Shown: positions 42,138-53,928, numbered from the stretch's first letter. The stretch: DNA of 64,000 bases from an uncultured Chlamydiae bacterium (GCA_963730605.1 CAVSSM010000001.1:224001-288000); one strand, 5' to 3'. A program made the numbers and translations. Notes: generated from the letters alone by a model not told the origin.

Positions 42138-43745
42138 ATGAGCATTTCTCTACCGCAAGTAAAAAGTAATTTAGATACTAGAACCGGATCCAAACAGCAG
42201 GATCTGTGTGTAACTGAAACAAAAACAGACCCCGTCTTCCAAAAACAACTATCTTATTTGAAAAAGCATGGAGAAGAAATCCAAACATTTCTCAATCACG
42301 TAATAAAAGAGACAAATGAGCTAGGAGACCCCTCGGAAACTGTTCAAAAAGCTCAAGCAATTGCTAACAAGACTCTCCCTATACTAGAAAAACTCGATAC
42401 TACAAATCCTAAAGCGGTCGACGAAGCATTGGAACTCTGTTTAGAAGCTCATCTAAGTTGTATTGAAGCTGAATCACCCACTAGAAAAGCTAAACTTGTT
42501 TCCCCCTCTTTCTTGAAAAGAGTTGAGAAGCTTGATCGTCTACTTAGAAATCGTACGATGAGTGTGTTTACCGCCTTAAATCTTATGACTGCCTCACTCT
42601 GTCTTCCTTTACAGGACCTATGTACGGATTCCACAAATAGCGGCACAGCCAATTCTTCTTATTTCGTTAGAGAAAAATTGGGTGAGGCACAACAAATGGT
42701 CTTTAAACCTAGAGAGAGCGAGAGACGCCTTTTCTCTTGCGTTGAAACTAAGGGAGGATTTCGTAGACAGATTGCAGCTTATTTAGTCGATAGAAGGAAC
42801 GGAGGAGCTGCTGATGTTCCTTTATCCGTTTTAGGACAAAATAAGGAGGGCATAGGCTCCCTTCAGACTTTCCGAAAAAATCAGGACGATTTAACAAAAC
42901 TCAATAACGAACAATCCAAGCAAATCTCCTTACCGAATTTTCAACAAGTTGCTTTGCATCGCCTGAGATTTTATGATCTCGATGCTCACCTAGGTAATTT
43001 CCTAAAAAAAGAATCCCAAGGAAAAACCAAACTTATTCCCATTGATTTTGACTATACTCTTCCACGGATACAAGACCATAGTGACGCGAAACATATTAAT
43101 CTTAAAATCGGAATCCGTTTTTTCCCTCACATGGATCAACCCTTAGAGGCCGAAGTAAAAAGACAACTGTTATCGATCAATCTTGAGGATGATGTAAAGA
43201 TCCTGGAGGATCTACAATTTGGAAAAGAGGAAATTAAGCTGTTTAAGCATACAACAACTATGCTGCAGGAAATGGCGAAAAAAGACTTTACCTTAGGACA
43301 AATGCTAGACGAACTCGATTCTACAAGCTTTAGATCCCAGGTTGTCGAAACATCGGACGAAGAAAATCTACAAGAGGTTTGCAAAACTAGCGTGGAAACG
43401 GCGTTCAGCTTCAATGAAGAACTTAATGCTAAAATCCTAGAAGTTCGTCAAGAACTCGCAAAGGGTGACGCTAAAGCTGCTGAAAAGGGAAAAGACTTCA
43501 TTCAGATATTATTTGAAGATCATAGTTCTCATCGTGCCATATTAGTAATCATGAAAGATTTATTGGAAAAATTTCCTGATGAACAGGAAACTACTCTTGC
43601 TCTTGAATACCTGCAAGGAAAGTCCCATTCAAATATGATCCTCATGTATGATGTATTTAGAGGGATTGCTCAGCAAATGAAAGCTCTAGGCTTGCATGAT
43701 AAAGCTGAAGCCCTCGAAAAATGGATGACTGATGTATTATTTTAG
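42138..43745 (+). CDS. PI4K type II/gamma-like kinase-domain protein (candidate effector)
   Basis: VFKPRESE, RQIAAYLVD, ADVP, GSLQTF, DAHLGN and LIPIDFDYTLP in canonical order. Confidence 0.8.
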   Translation: MSISLPQVKSNLDTRTGSKQQDLCVTETKTDPVFQKQLSYLKKHGEEIQTFLNHVIKETNELGDPSETVQKAQAIANKTLPILEKLDTTNPKAVDEALELCLEAHLSCIEAESPTRKAKLVSPSFLKRVEKLDRLLRNRTMSVFTALNLMTASLCLPLQDLCTDSTNSGTANSSYFVREKLGEAQQMVFKPRESERRLFSCVETKGGFRRQIAAYLVDRRNGGAADVPLSVLGQNKEGIGSLQTFRKNQDDLTKLNNEQSKQISLPNFQQVALHRLRFYDLDAHLGNFLKKESQGKTKLIPIDFDYTLPRIQDHSDAKHINLKIGIRFFPHMDQPLEAEVKRQLLSINLEDDVKILEDLQFGKEEIKLFKHTTTMLQEMAKKDFTLGQMLDELDSTSFRSQVVETSDEENLQEVCKTSVETAFSFNEELNAKILEVRQELAKGDAKAAEKGKDFIQILFEDHSSHRAILVIMKDLLEKFPDEQETTLALEYLQGKSHSNMILMYDVFRGIAQQMKALGLHDKAEALEKWMTDVLF

Positions 43746-43826
43746 CCCATAGTCACTCAACCAATTTTCCTTGCCTCTCGCCCTCTTTCCTTGTTAGAGT
43801 GATGAAAATTTCCCCAAAAGAAGATC

Positions 43827-45177
43827 ATGCTGGAATGCGAAGTCAAAAGCGGCTGGGCAGAGTTTATCGAGTTCATCGAATCGCGCTGCTCGTCCGCCGA
43901 ATTCGAAAACTGGATCGCCCCGATCCGCTGCCTCGAATCGGCCCATGAAGAGACGACGCTCGAAGTGCCGAATGTCTTTGTCCAAGAGTACTTGCTCGAC
44001 AACTTCAAAGAGGTCCTGGCCGATTTTCTCCCCTTGAGAGGCTCGGGCGACCCTGCCATCCGGTTCGTTGTGGGAAGCGCTCCCCGAAAAGCTCCCTCTC
44101 CCACCGGCCCGTTGGAGAGCGACGACGCCCCTCCTCCCGCTGACTTGAAGCTCAACCCCCTTTATACCTTCGATCACTTCATCGAAGGCCCATCGAACCA
44201 ATTCGTCAAATCGGCCGCTGTCGGCGTCGCCGCGCGGCCGGGCAAATCGTACAATCCCCTGTTCATCCATGGCGGCGTCGGCCTCGGAAAAACCCATCTT
44301 CTCCATAGCATCGGCCACTATGTCCTCGAGAACCATAAGAAACTCCGGGTGCAATCGATCACCACAGAAGCGTTCATCAACGAGATAGTCGACAACCTCC
44401 GCTCGAAATCGATCGACAAGATGAAGCGGTTCTACCGAAACCTCGACGTCCTCCTCGTCGACGATATCCAGTTCCTCCAAAACCGGCTCAATTTCGAAGA
44501 GGAGTTCTGCAACACCTTCGAAACGCTGCTCAACCAAAACAAGCAGATCATCATCACTTCCGATAAAGCGCCCGGCCAATTAAAACTCTCGGAGCGGATG
44601 GTCGCAAGAATGGAATGGGGTCTTGTCGCCCACATGGGCGTCCCCGATTTGGAAACAAGGGTCGCGATCATCAAGCACAAATCGGAACTGCGGGGATTGA
44701 GCATCTCCAGCCAAATCGCATTTTTCATCGCGGAGCATATTTACAACAATGTCCGGCAGATCGAAGGGGCCGTCAACCGCCTCTCGCCCATTCCCGTTTT
44801 ACGACATCGAACCTCAACGAGGATATCGTCGAGCGGATTTTGAGCGAGATGTTCCAAACCACCACTCCCACAAGAAAATTTCTGTGGAAAATATCTTAAA
44901 AAGCGTCGCCGCCGTATTCGAAGTCCGGATCTCGGAGCTCAAAGGCGAATCGCGCCACAAAGAAATCGCCCTTGCGCGCCAAGTCGCCATGTATCTGGCC
45001 AAAGAAATGATCGACGATTCCCTCATGAAAATCGCAGCGTCTTTCGGCGGCAAAACACATTCGACCCTTCTCCACGCGTGGAAAAAAGTGTCCGATCAAA
45101 TTCAAATCAATGAAATGCTCCGCCGCCAAGTGCAAATGGTGCGGCGCAATATCGAAACTCATAAGTTTTTATTTTAG
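43827..45177 (+). CDS. dnaA: Chromosomal replication initiator DnaA (frameshifted near 44790-44870)
   Basis: [34 protein letters not shown] and FGGKTHST. Confidence 0.93.
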
Positions 45178-45232
45178 TTGCGAGAATTGTTGATCGTTTT
45201 TCATAATGGACACTCCTTTTAAGGAGGAAAAC

Positions 45233-45826
45233 ATGAAAAAGACAATCACTACCGCAATTCTAACTGCTGCAGCCGCTCTCGGTTTCGCAGATGCACCCGC
45301 TATAAAACCGCTTTCCGAGCTCTACTTTGGATCGTGCAAGCGCCTCGCAATGTAGACATCGCCGCGCAAAAAACGGGATTCACCTATTTCCGATTTGGGG
45401 CGGCAGAATCCACTCCGACCTCATCCGTACAAGTCGTTCCAGGTCTTGGAATCGGCTACCGTATGATGGTGAGCAACGGAGCAGTTGACCTTTCTGCGAA
45501 CTATAGCAGCGCAAAAGGCTGGAAAGGGGAAAGCGACAGCTTCTTCTGGACACTGCCAAAAGCGAGCTACGTCCACTATTTGAACCCAACCGGCGACCAA
45601 AGCGCCTACGGCGGAATTGGTCTGGCGTGGGGCGCTCTAAAAACCAAAGACAGCCGCGAATTCGAAGGAGTTGTTCCAAGCGCCACTCTTGGCATGGAGT
45701 TTTTCCGTAAGTCTCGCATTCCGGACATTTGCTGAATTGAACGTCAGCCAGCCTGCGATTGCAAAGACCGTTTCGGATAAATTCCCAGGCCCAATGGCTG
45801 AGCTCTCCATTGGCGCAGGATTCTAA
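45233..45826 (+). CDS. Small outer-membrane beta-barrel-like protein (two frameshifts)
   Basis: Strong SD, signal peptide MKKTITTAILTAAAALGFA, amphipathic strands and C-terminal ELSIGAGF. Confidence 0.6.
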
Positions 45827-46779
45827 TTGATTGCTCTGCCGATGGCGGTTTCGACAGGCGCTCTCCTCTTCACCTGATCGTAAATCGCAAGCGCCTCGGC
45901 CACAATAGCGCCGGGGTGCTGAAGATTCGAGGGCAATACGATCGTATTGCCCTCTTTGGCTAATTGGCGAAACGCATCGATATACTTCTCAGCGACTTGT
46001 AAAGTCGCAGCCTTCTCTCCCCCGCCTTCCGTCAAGGCTCGAGCCACTCGTTCGATCCCTCTCGCAGACGCTTCCGCGATGAGTTCGATCGCCTCCGCGT
46101 CGGCCTTTGCCCGATTGATCCTTTCGATTTGCGCGCCTTCGGCGATATTGATCTGGGCCTGCCTCTGCCCTTCTGACTCGTTGATGTGGGATTGCCGGAG
46201 CCCCTCCGATTCCAAGATGCGCGCCCTTTTTTGCCTCTCGGCGGTCATCTGCAATTCCATCGCTTTGCGAATATCCTCCGGCATCTTGATGTCTTTGATC
46301 TCGTAGCGAAGGCACTGGATCCCCCAAGAGATAGCGGCTTGATTGACCGCCTCCACCATTTTGGCGTTCAAAGACTCCCGCTCTTCGAATGTCTTGTCGA
46401 GCGGAATCTTGCCGATTTCGGAGCGCATCGTCGTCTGGACGAGCTGCGTGAGCGCATGGAGGGGATTTTTGACCCCGTAGGAGGCCGCGAACGGCTCGAC
46501 GATTTTCACGTAGACAACCCCGTCCAAGATGACGCTGACGTTATCTTGGGTGATGGCGGTTTGTTCAGGAACGTCGATCGCCTCTTCTTTGAGTGAGTGG
46601 CGGTAAGCCACTGAATCGATGAACGGGATGATCCAGTTCGGGCCCGGCTCGAGCCGCCGGTTGAATTTTCCGAGCCGCTGGACGATCCACACCTGCTGCT
46701 GGGGAACGATATGGGCTCCCATATAGAGCGCCACCCCCAAGAAGCTCAAAATCAGAATCAGAGTCGGAATCAGAATCAT
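45823..46779 (-). CDS. SPFH/stomatin-like (band 7) protein
   Basis: IVPQQ, AITQDNV, QTTMRSEIG and QMTAERQKRA.ILESEG. Confidence 0.93.
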   Translation of the reverse strand: MILIPTLILILSFLGVALYMGAHIVPQQQVWIVQRLGKFNRRLEPGPNWIIPFIDSVAYRHSLKEEAIDVPEQTAITQDNVSVILDGVVYVKIVEPFAASYGVKNPLHALTQLVQTTMRSEIGKIPLDKTFEERESLNAKMVEAVNQAAISWGIQCLRYEIKDIKMPEDIRKAMELQMTAERQKRARILESEGLRQSHINESEGQRQAQINIAEGAQIERINRAKADAEAIELIAEASARGIERVARALTEGGGEKAATLQVAEKYIDAFRQLAKEGNTIVLPSNLQHPGAIVAEALAIYDQVKRRAPVETAIGRAIN

Positions 46780-46794
46780 AAGAAGACCTCATAA

Positions 46795-47039
46795 TACTCA
46801 AGTAACCTGAAGAATCGGGAATATGGCACTGCGAAATCACAAAAAAGGTTCTTGAATGAACCTTTTTGTGCGTAGCAGCGCCCAGAATTTGAGCCAGGCG
46901 CAGCCGGCGCTGAAGCAGCTCAATAAGTTGAGCGCCGGGGTCCCCGAAGACGCATCGTCTTTGGGGTGGGGTGCAGGCGGGCTCAAAGGCTGTGGCTACC
47001 CGACGACGCCAGAAACCGATTCTTCAGGTTATTTGAGTA
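46795..47039. mobile_element. MITE family F (245 bp, TSD TAA)
   Basis: TIR TACTCAAGTAACCTGAAGAATCGG / CCGATTCTTCAGGTTATTTGAGTA, with several internal hairpins. Confidence 0.87.
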
Positions 47040-47624
47040 TAAAGGGACTAAACTTAAAACAAAGACCCTTTTTGGGAAAGCGTCTGAGACCGCGTCAAAC
47101 GCTTGATGGATCTCATCGAAGGAATTTCCCACGGAGATCAAAAGAACCGAAGAATCTTCCTGAAAAAACGAAGTGTCGCATTCCCATCCCTCGCTGCCAT
47201 CTTTAAGAGCGTCGGCAAAAAAACAATTTAATAGAGATGCGAAGCCCCTCGCCAAACCTTTGGCCTTCGGAAGGGGCAAGATGATGTCGGGGATCGGCCA
47301 ATCAAGCCTCTCCCATTGGACAAGGGCAAAAGAGGCCATGGCCTCGGGATTTTCTTTAACCATCGAAGATAAGAGAAGGGCTGCCGGAGTGGCTTCGAAA
47401 ACGAATGCAGCTGGAAAGGGAAGCGCGGCCTTGTTTCTACAGCGCTGGCAGATCTCTTCTTCCATCTCTTCGAAGCAATGGCGGCATCTGCCGGCCGGAT
47501 CAGGAAGGGAACACTCTTCCCAGCACTCAGGGCAAAAGAGGCGCGTTTCACACATCTCCTTGCAAGAGAGACATATTGGTGGAAACACGAAATCGAGCCA
47601 TGCTTGCAAAATTCTAAATTTCAC
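46983..47624 (-). CDS. ComF-like double zinc-ribbon protein with degenerate PRTase domain
   Basis: LDFVFPPICLSC, CPEC, CRHC and CQRC. The last 18 aa derive from the MITE. Confidence 0.7.
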   Translation of the reverse strand: MKFRILQAWLDFVFPPICLSCKEMCETRLFCPECWEECSLPDPAGRCRHCFEEMEEEICQRCRNKAALPFPAAFVFEATPAALLLSSMVKENPEAMASFALVQWERLDWPIPDIILPLPKAKGLARGFASLLNCFFADALKDGSEGWECDTSFFQEDSSVLLISVGNSFDEIHQAFDAVSDAFPKRVFVLSLVPLYSNNLKNRFLASSGSHSL

Positions 47625-50600
47625 AACCCTAAAAATCTTCGCTTTTTCTGGAGGTGGAATTGCGGATCGTCCAGTTTGCCGTCGATCAAAATTTGGAATG
47701 ACTCGGTGAGCTTGAAGAGGACGAACTGCTTCATCGAGACAAGGATATGGAGATTGCCGTCTAGGTCCATAGTGGGAGCGGGATCGGAGACGAGGAAAAA
47801 TTCCGAACGCCTCCCTTCGCTGAAGGAGCCATAGAGAGAGGTGAGAGTAAATAGCCCATCTTTGAGCTCGTAATCGATACCGCCGCAGGCCGGGGTCAAA
47901 AGCTCTAAGTCCAACCCGACAATCCGTCCTAAGAGATCCGACGGGATATCGAAGACGGTGTGCTCGCGGCGAAAAGAATTGATGAAAGAAAGATTTCCTT
48001 TTGCCGTATAGGTTTTGCTCTCTTCCAAAAGGCCTTTGAAATCATCGATCCTCAGTTCTCTTACGACAAGAGGGCCTGCGGGCTGCGGCTGACGGTTTGG
48101 GATTTGGAGAAGGCTTGGCCTAAGTTCCAAAATCGTCAAATGGGGGATCGAAATGGTCCAGGGGGCATCGCCATTCGCGGCCGCGACAAGCTCATCAATC
48201 GTCAATATGCATGCCGAATCGCTGATTTTAAGGTCGTAAAGGCGCACCTTTTCCGGGGAAAACTCGAATTGCGAAAGGAGGGTCCGGAGCTGATAGCCGA
48301 AAAGATCGATTTGCTTGCCGGTGAAAAGGCCGGAAAATGAAACGCCCTGTTCTAAAAACAGCTTTCCTTTCAATTCATATCCTTTTCCCATCGAAAGATC
48401 GGTAAACACCTGGGCGACGCTGGGAGGGATGATTTGGTTTAACCTTCCGAAATCGATCCGCGCGCTTCCTATAAGGGTCAATCCCGCATCCAAGGCGTGA
48501 AAAGAGGCATCCACCCCTCCGAACTGCCCTACGACCTCGCGGACAGCCAAGCCGGACGGCGCGCTGTAGGACCAATCGATCGAAAGGGGCCTCTCCCCAA
48601 CGTCCCGCGACCCGTCCCCGTCTTCGAGGGTGAGGCGCCCGGAAACAACTTCGTCGAATGAGGCAAGAGCTGAGATTTTGACCGGATAGCCTTGATGTTC
48701 GGTGTCAAAATGGGTTTCGACTTCACCAACATTTAGAGAAAAGGAGAGATTGCGGATAGGGAGCGAAGTTCCGAGCGTTGGGACCGACACTTCTTTGACT
48801 GAAAAAGAGAGGGAAGAAAAATCGGAAGGGCAATCAAGATCGGCGCAAAAATCAATTCCCTCTTCGGGATTGAACTTCCTTAAAAAAGAGGGCAGCTCTT
48901 GGAAAAGATCGAGAAAACGAGGGGGAAGATGGAAGCGGCAGTGTTGCAAAAGCCAATGACAGCGGGGAACATCGAACTGCAATAGGCCGATCTTACAGGA
49001 GAAATAGGGAAGATTTGGACCAACCCCAGATAGATCAAGGCCATTCATGCAAATCCCTGCATCCGATGCATAGCGAACATGGATCGGGCCGTCATTTTGC
49101 CACTCCCACCCAATGCCCCAGGCGGCCGAGGCGGCCATCAAACGCGTGGCAACGACTTCAAAATCGGCTTCGAGATGGCCGCTATTTGGCTGATACGAAA
49201 TCATCCCTTGTCCTTCCAAAATTCCTTGCAGGCCATACAATGGAATGCCCAGGTAAGCAGCGATGGGGTGGAACTTTGCAATCTCTAGCCTCAAGTGAGG
49301 CAAATGGAATTCGAGTTGGAAGGAAGGGTTGAGATGGCCATAAAAATCGGTCTCCAGGCCCTTCTTCCAAGACGCGTGGCCATCAGAGAGGCGAAGCGTC
49401 CGCCCTTCGATTTGGCCTTTAGCCGATATCGTACACTCGTCGACTTGAAGAGATGAGATTTTCCAGTCGCCGCCCTCTTCAAGCGCATCGCACCGAAAAA
49501 AAACAGGCTCTCCTTTCCAAGTCAAATCGCGGCCCAATGCTGTTAAGGCACTGCCCCCATTTCTCGAGTAAGCAAGGTCGATCAGCGCCATGCCATCGAG
49601 GGGCAAAAGAGCCCACTTTCCGGCCTCTGGAAAAAGAAGCGGCGCGGCAGTGACGAGGGACTTCCAAGAAATGGGCGCTTTCAACTCTATCGATTCCACG
49701 CCATCGCCGTCGAAAGCTAGCCCAGCGACTTCTACAGGCATTCCAAGAAAATGCGTTCGCTTAGGATCGAAATCGCATCTTCCAGAAGATGCGGTTCCTG
49801 CCAAACGGGCTAAATCCCAGACGGGTGTCTCGATCCTCACATCGAAAGAGTAAGCGTCCCCTTTTTTTTCGAAAATGGGGCAATAAAACCCGAGGCCAGA
49901 CGAAAGGTTCCCTTTTGCTTGCAAAAACCAATCGGCCGTTTGGAAATTCCCCTCCGCATGAAACCCTTCCCCTACCGATTCGATTTGCCCTTTTATCCCT
50001 GGCGTTCCTTGCCGAAAACCCAAACTCTCGCAAAAAGGGGAGAAGAGGGCCCTCAAAACGGTCGACATGCACCGAAAATCCCTCGGGCGCCACCCATCCC
50101 GCCCCTCCAAAAGCTACCCCTTCCAATCTCCCTTCCTCGATGACGAAATCGAGCCTCTCTTTTCCAAGCGCATTTCAAAACGGCTTCGAAATTCTCTCCT
50201 TGGGCTCCAAATGCAAATTTCTCAAAAGTGCCTTCTATTGCGACCGATCCGGGAACCTTTTCCACCTTTCCTTCGAAATGGGATCTGATGAGCACTCCCT
50301 GTTCGATCGCCCCCTCCCCTTGCCACTCTTCGGCAAAAATCCTTTTATCGTCCCCCAAAAGAGCCTTGGCCGAGGCGCCCTTGAATTGAAAGATCCCTGT
50401 TTTCTCCGAGGTCCAATCCACATGAGCGTTCTGGCACTGCAATGCGGCCCTTTGGATCTCGCAAGCTAATTCCTCGCCTCTTAAGTGAAGCTTCCACTCT
50501 TTTCGACCCAGCATCTCTCCTTCGAAGCCGACCGTTCCTCCCTTAAATTCCAGTTCATCGAGCCGGGGATCGACCAAAGAGCCAAGCGATTGGATCAAGG

Positions 50601-51611
50601 TGCCATCGACTGCGCCAATCCCCTCCCCTTCCCTTTCCACCGAAATCCTCCTTCTTCTTGTTCCCCTGAGAGGACAATGCGGGCATTCCTACAGCTTGCC
50701 TCCGATTCGACCCAAAAGGGGCGCGTATCATGGAGAAAGGCCCTTCCTTGCCAGGAAATGGGAAACGACTCCCCAATGGACATGCCCTTTGCCTCGAACT
50801 CCCACATTGCCCCAATCCCAGCAGTGAAGCTGAAATTGCCCTTGATCTCATCGATGCCGCCCTTGGATCCATGCAAGGAGGCTTTGTAAACTTTGAGCCG
50901 CATGCGCATCGATGCGAGACATTTCGAAAGAAGGTCTCCCTCTGTTTCCCCTTCCCAATCGAGAGTTCCTGCGCTGCCGGATAGAAATGAACCATATCCC
51001 GCCTCTCGAAAATCGAGATGGGCAGATCCCCTTTTACAAACGTTTGCCTCAAAAACGAGATGGACCCGTCCATTCGCCTCGCCCCTGACATCGATCCAAG
51101 ATTTGAGGGCATCGGTTTGGAACCTGTGCAAGTCGGCATCGACCCAGATTTCATTCTCCACTCGCCTCGCCTCGATGGCCAGGCGCGATCCTTCTTTTTC
51201 TACATTCAAGCGCCCCAAATGGTGACGCCATGTTTTTTCAAATGAAAAGCGAAGCAACCCGAATTCATCGCCGACAAGCGTACCGTCCTTCATTTCAACG
51301 GTCCAATCTTCTCTGCCTACTTGTTGCCGCGGCATTGCCCTGACAGCGATCCTAGGCTGCTCGACTTCCAAATGCTTCGCGCCGAAAAATACTGAGAGAC
51401 GTTTTGCATGCACGGAAAAAGCGGGATCACTCAAATCGATTTCCATGAAAATGAGCTTTCCTTCATGCCAATCGACCGATCCATAGGAAAATTGCCAGCC
51501 GTTTTCGAAATAGAGAAACGCTTTCGCAAAAAATCCGAGAGTCCCTAAAGCAATCGGTTTGCCCAGGATGGCCCCGGCAAGAAAAATGCAGATCGGAATC
51601 AGTTTGCGCAT
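47621..51611 (-). CDS. Large AsmA/TamB-like envelope protein (split by two frameshifts)
   Basis: Three consecutive overlapping ORFs with an N-terminal anchor, beta-rich sequence and C-terminal IDGKLDDPQF. Family assignment is tentative. Confidence 0.5.
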
Positions 51612-51877
51612 GCCAGCAGATCACCCTTTGGACTCATTATCTACAAACACGCGAAATATACACAAATGTCCCTCGCTCCAGCTAAAAAATCTGAGGACCC
51701 TCCTTGCCCAATTCCCGTTTTTTTCAATCACCCCAGGTATATTTTTTTTCTATATTAAGGAACAAAATACGATTGTCATTTGAAGCAAATTACTAAGAAG
51801 AGCTAGGAGGGGGAGAGTTTTATTCAATTACGCTTGACCCGGCCCTAAAGAACCGGGACTCTCGCTGATCTGCCCGT

Positions 51878-52150
51878 TCAAACAGCCTCTAAAGAAAGGT
51901 AATAAGAGTTGAGAATATCGCCAAACTCATTAAGAACCATAGACATTCCTGAATCAGAATCCTTCTCTCGATAAAGAGCATCAATAAGTTTTGCAACCAA
52001 GTCTAATTCCATCTGAACGATCGTAACATGAATCCAGCGCCCCATGTTGGTCTCTAAGTGATGAGGGAGACTGATAGCACTAATTGTATTGATTTGTTTT
52101 TGCTCGCAATATATTAATTCTTCCCTGTTTCCTTTGATCATTTCATACAT
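51878..52150 (-). CDS. Small hypothetical protein
   Basis: 90-aa ORF with protein-like composition. No family recognised. Confidence 0.5.
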   Translation of the reverse strand: MYEMIKGNREELIYCEQKQINTISAISLPHHLETNMGRWIHVTIVQMELDLVAKLIDALYREKDSDSGMSMVLNEFGDILNSYYLSLEAV

Positions 52151-52186
52151 TCGAGTTTCATACTGTATTGCATGGTTACCTGAATG

Positions 52187-52326
52187 TGGGGTGTCAAAAA
52201 TATCAGCTTTTTCAGCGCCTTTTTCCTATGAAACTGTTCCAGAATTCTCCCCAGATGCTGCAGAGAAATCTGGCCGAATTTTCAGATCACCCCCAGAGTG
52301 CTCTAATGCCGTATTTTGACACCCCA
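52187..52326. mobile_element. MITE family G (140 bp)
   Basis: TIR TGGGGTGTCAAAA. Flanks ACCTGAATG / GCCTAAATG resemble an eroded 9-bp TSD. Confidence 0.65.
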
Positions 52327-52361
52327 GCCTAAATGGGCGGCAGTGTACAACAAAACAGCAT

Positions 52362-53007
52362 TTAAAAGGAAAATATTTTTTTCTCGGGTTCCGAGGTTAT
52401 CGAGGAGGAAATTTCTTGGATTTTTCTCTCGATCTCTTCTGTCACCTCATCGGGATACTGTTTCAAATACAAAACAGCAGTAAGCACTCTTCCCGGCTGC
52501 TCCTGGATCCGATCCATTCTATTGGCTTGAAGAAATCGAATACACCAATGCACTTAAGCGATGGAATGAGCCTCTCGATTTCTGCCGAGACTTTTTCTAT
52601 TTCTTGCTCTGTATCAGGATCGTTTATACGGTGCGCGATTAGATTTGGTGAATTTTGGCAGCAGATTTTGAGTCCCAGTAGCGTTGCGGAGACACGAAGG
52701 AAACTTAAAAAGTTTGCGAGTGCGAGCAATGCGCTGGGGCGCAAAAGATGCTCCCCAAAATTCACCAAAGCTGACCGCGTGCCGTATAGCTTTGCTAAAA
52801 GTTGATTTAAGAACGCGATGTTTTGAATCGTCGCAGTGACAGTGCCCTTCGAACAAACCCAGATTCCCCGGTGTATGGATTTACAGAAATGGTTGCATCG
52901 ACCCCATTCGGCAAAGTAGCTTCTAGCATGAATGCTGAGCTCTCGGCCCATACATGCCCTGCAAACAACAAGGTCAGCAGGGTGAATATTTTTAGTTTTT
53001 CAATCAT
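52362..53007 (-). pseudogene. Secreted hypothetical protein gene with an in-frame MITE and two frameshifts
   Basis: Signal peptide MIEKLKIFTLLTLLFAGHVWA. Continues through ORFs 52463..52951 and 52362..52553. Confidence 0.6.
52627..52786. mobile_element. MITE family C, copy 2 (TA TSD, in-frame)
   Basis: TACGGTGCGCG...CGCGTGCCGTA. Shares internal sequence (encoding KICCQNS) with 17524-17684. Confidence 0.85.
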
Positions 53008-53039
53008 GATACTTCTCATTTTTTAAAAAAGAGGGCGGT

Positions 53040-53876
53040 TCAACTTGCGTTGAGTTTGCGAAAAGTTCGGTATGGATAGTACGCAGCGCTAGAGCCGCAC
53101 CATTCAGGATCCGATAAGTTGCTAATTCTGAGCCAAGGGCGACACTCTCTTGCGGAGGAATGGATAAAATTTCCCTCTCCGATGTACATTCCAACGTGCA
53201 TGATCCTTTGTTCGGACTTTCCGAAGAAAACGAGATCGCCAAGCGCGAGATCGTCTAGTGCTATCTTTTGAAGGCGGGGGTCCAGGATTTGCTGTCCAGA
53301 GTTTCTGCGTAAATCCACTCCAATCTGGCTATACAACATTTGGACAAAGCCGGAACAGTCGTAACCGAAACTGGATCGCCCTCCCCATGTATAGGGCAGT
53401 CCTAGGAATTGTTGACTAAAATGTACAAGATCTTCTTTGCGGCTAAGCGGAGATTCGAGCGCAATATCTCCATTTTGAATGTAGCCTATCTGGCCGTCCG
53501 GCAACATTACGGTCGTCCATCGGATATCTGCCCCTTCCAAAGCTTGTAAATGAGAGCCATAGGGCAAGGTTTTGATGGGGCCGTATTCTGTATCTTTCAC
53601 CCCATAAACATGGGCTTTCAACCGAGATACTTTGATCGAAGGCTCGTAGGGCTTTTCGAGAGAAACGTAGGAGTTGGATCGTACCCAGCCGACATGGCCA
53701 TCGGAGCTCACAATAGACGACCACCCACCTTCTTCTTTTTCGACACGAATCCTTTCAGAAAAAACGACTTGCGAAACTACTTTTGATTTATGAGTAGGCT
53801 TTTCGCGCATATCTTCAACGGGTTCATTCATATAAAAGAAGCTCGTTAAAATAGATAAGACGGGAAATATGAACAT
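53040..53876 (-). CDS. SH3 + NlpC/P60 peptidoglycan endopeptidase (YkfC-like)
   Basis: LGLPYTWGG, GYDCSGF, GDLVFF, HVGMY and FIHSS. Confidence 0.92.
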   Translation of the reverse strand: MFIFPVLSILTSFFYMNEPVEDMREKPTHKSKVVSQVVFSERIRVEKEEGGWSSIVSSDGHVGWVRSNSYVSLEKPYEPSIKVSRLKAHVYGVKDTEYGPIKTLPYGSHLQALEGADIRWTTVMLPDGQIGYIQNGDIALESPLSRKEDLVHFSQQFLGLPYTWGGRSSFGYDCSGFVQMLYSQIGVDLRRNSGQQILDPRLQKIALDDLALGDLVFFGKSEQRIMHVGMYIGEGNFIHSSARECRPWLRISNLSDPEWCGSSAAYYPYRTFRKLNAS

Positions 53877-53928
53877 AGATTCTTCTGTTTGGTCTCTCTG
53901 CATGAGTTCTCTGTAACAACGCACCCTC

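Noticed and set aside
51790..51876. Possible structured ncRNA (GAGAGT..CCCGG-loop-CCGGG-ACTCTC)
   Set aside because: No recognisable family motif such as SRP or 6S. It cannot be supported without an Rfam search.
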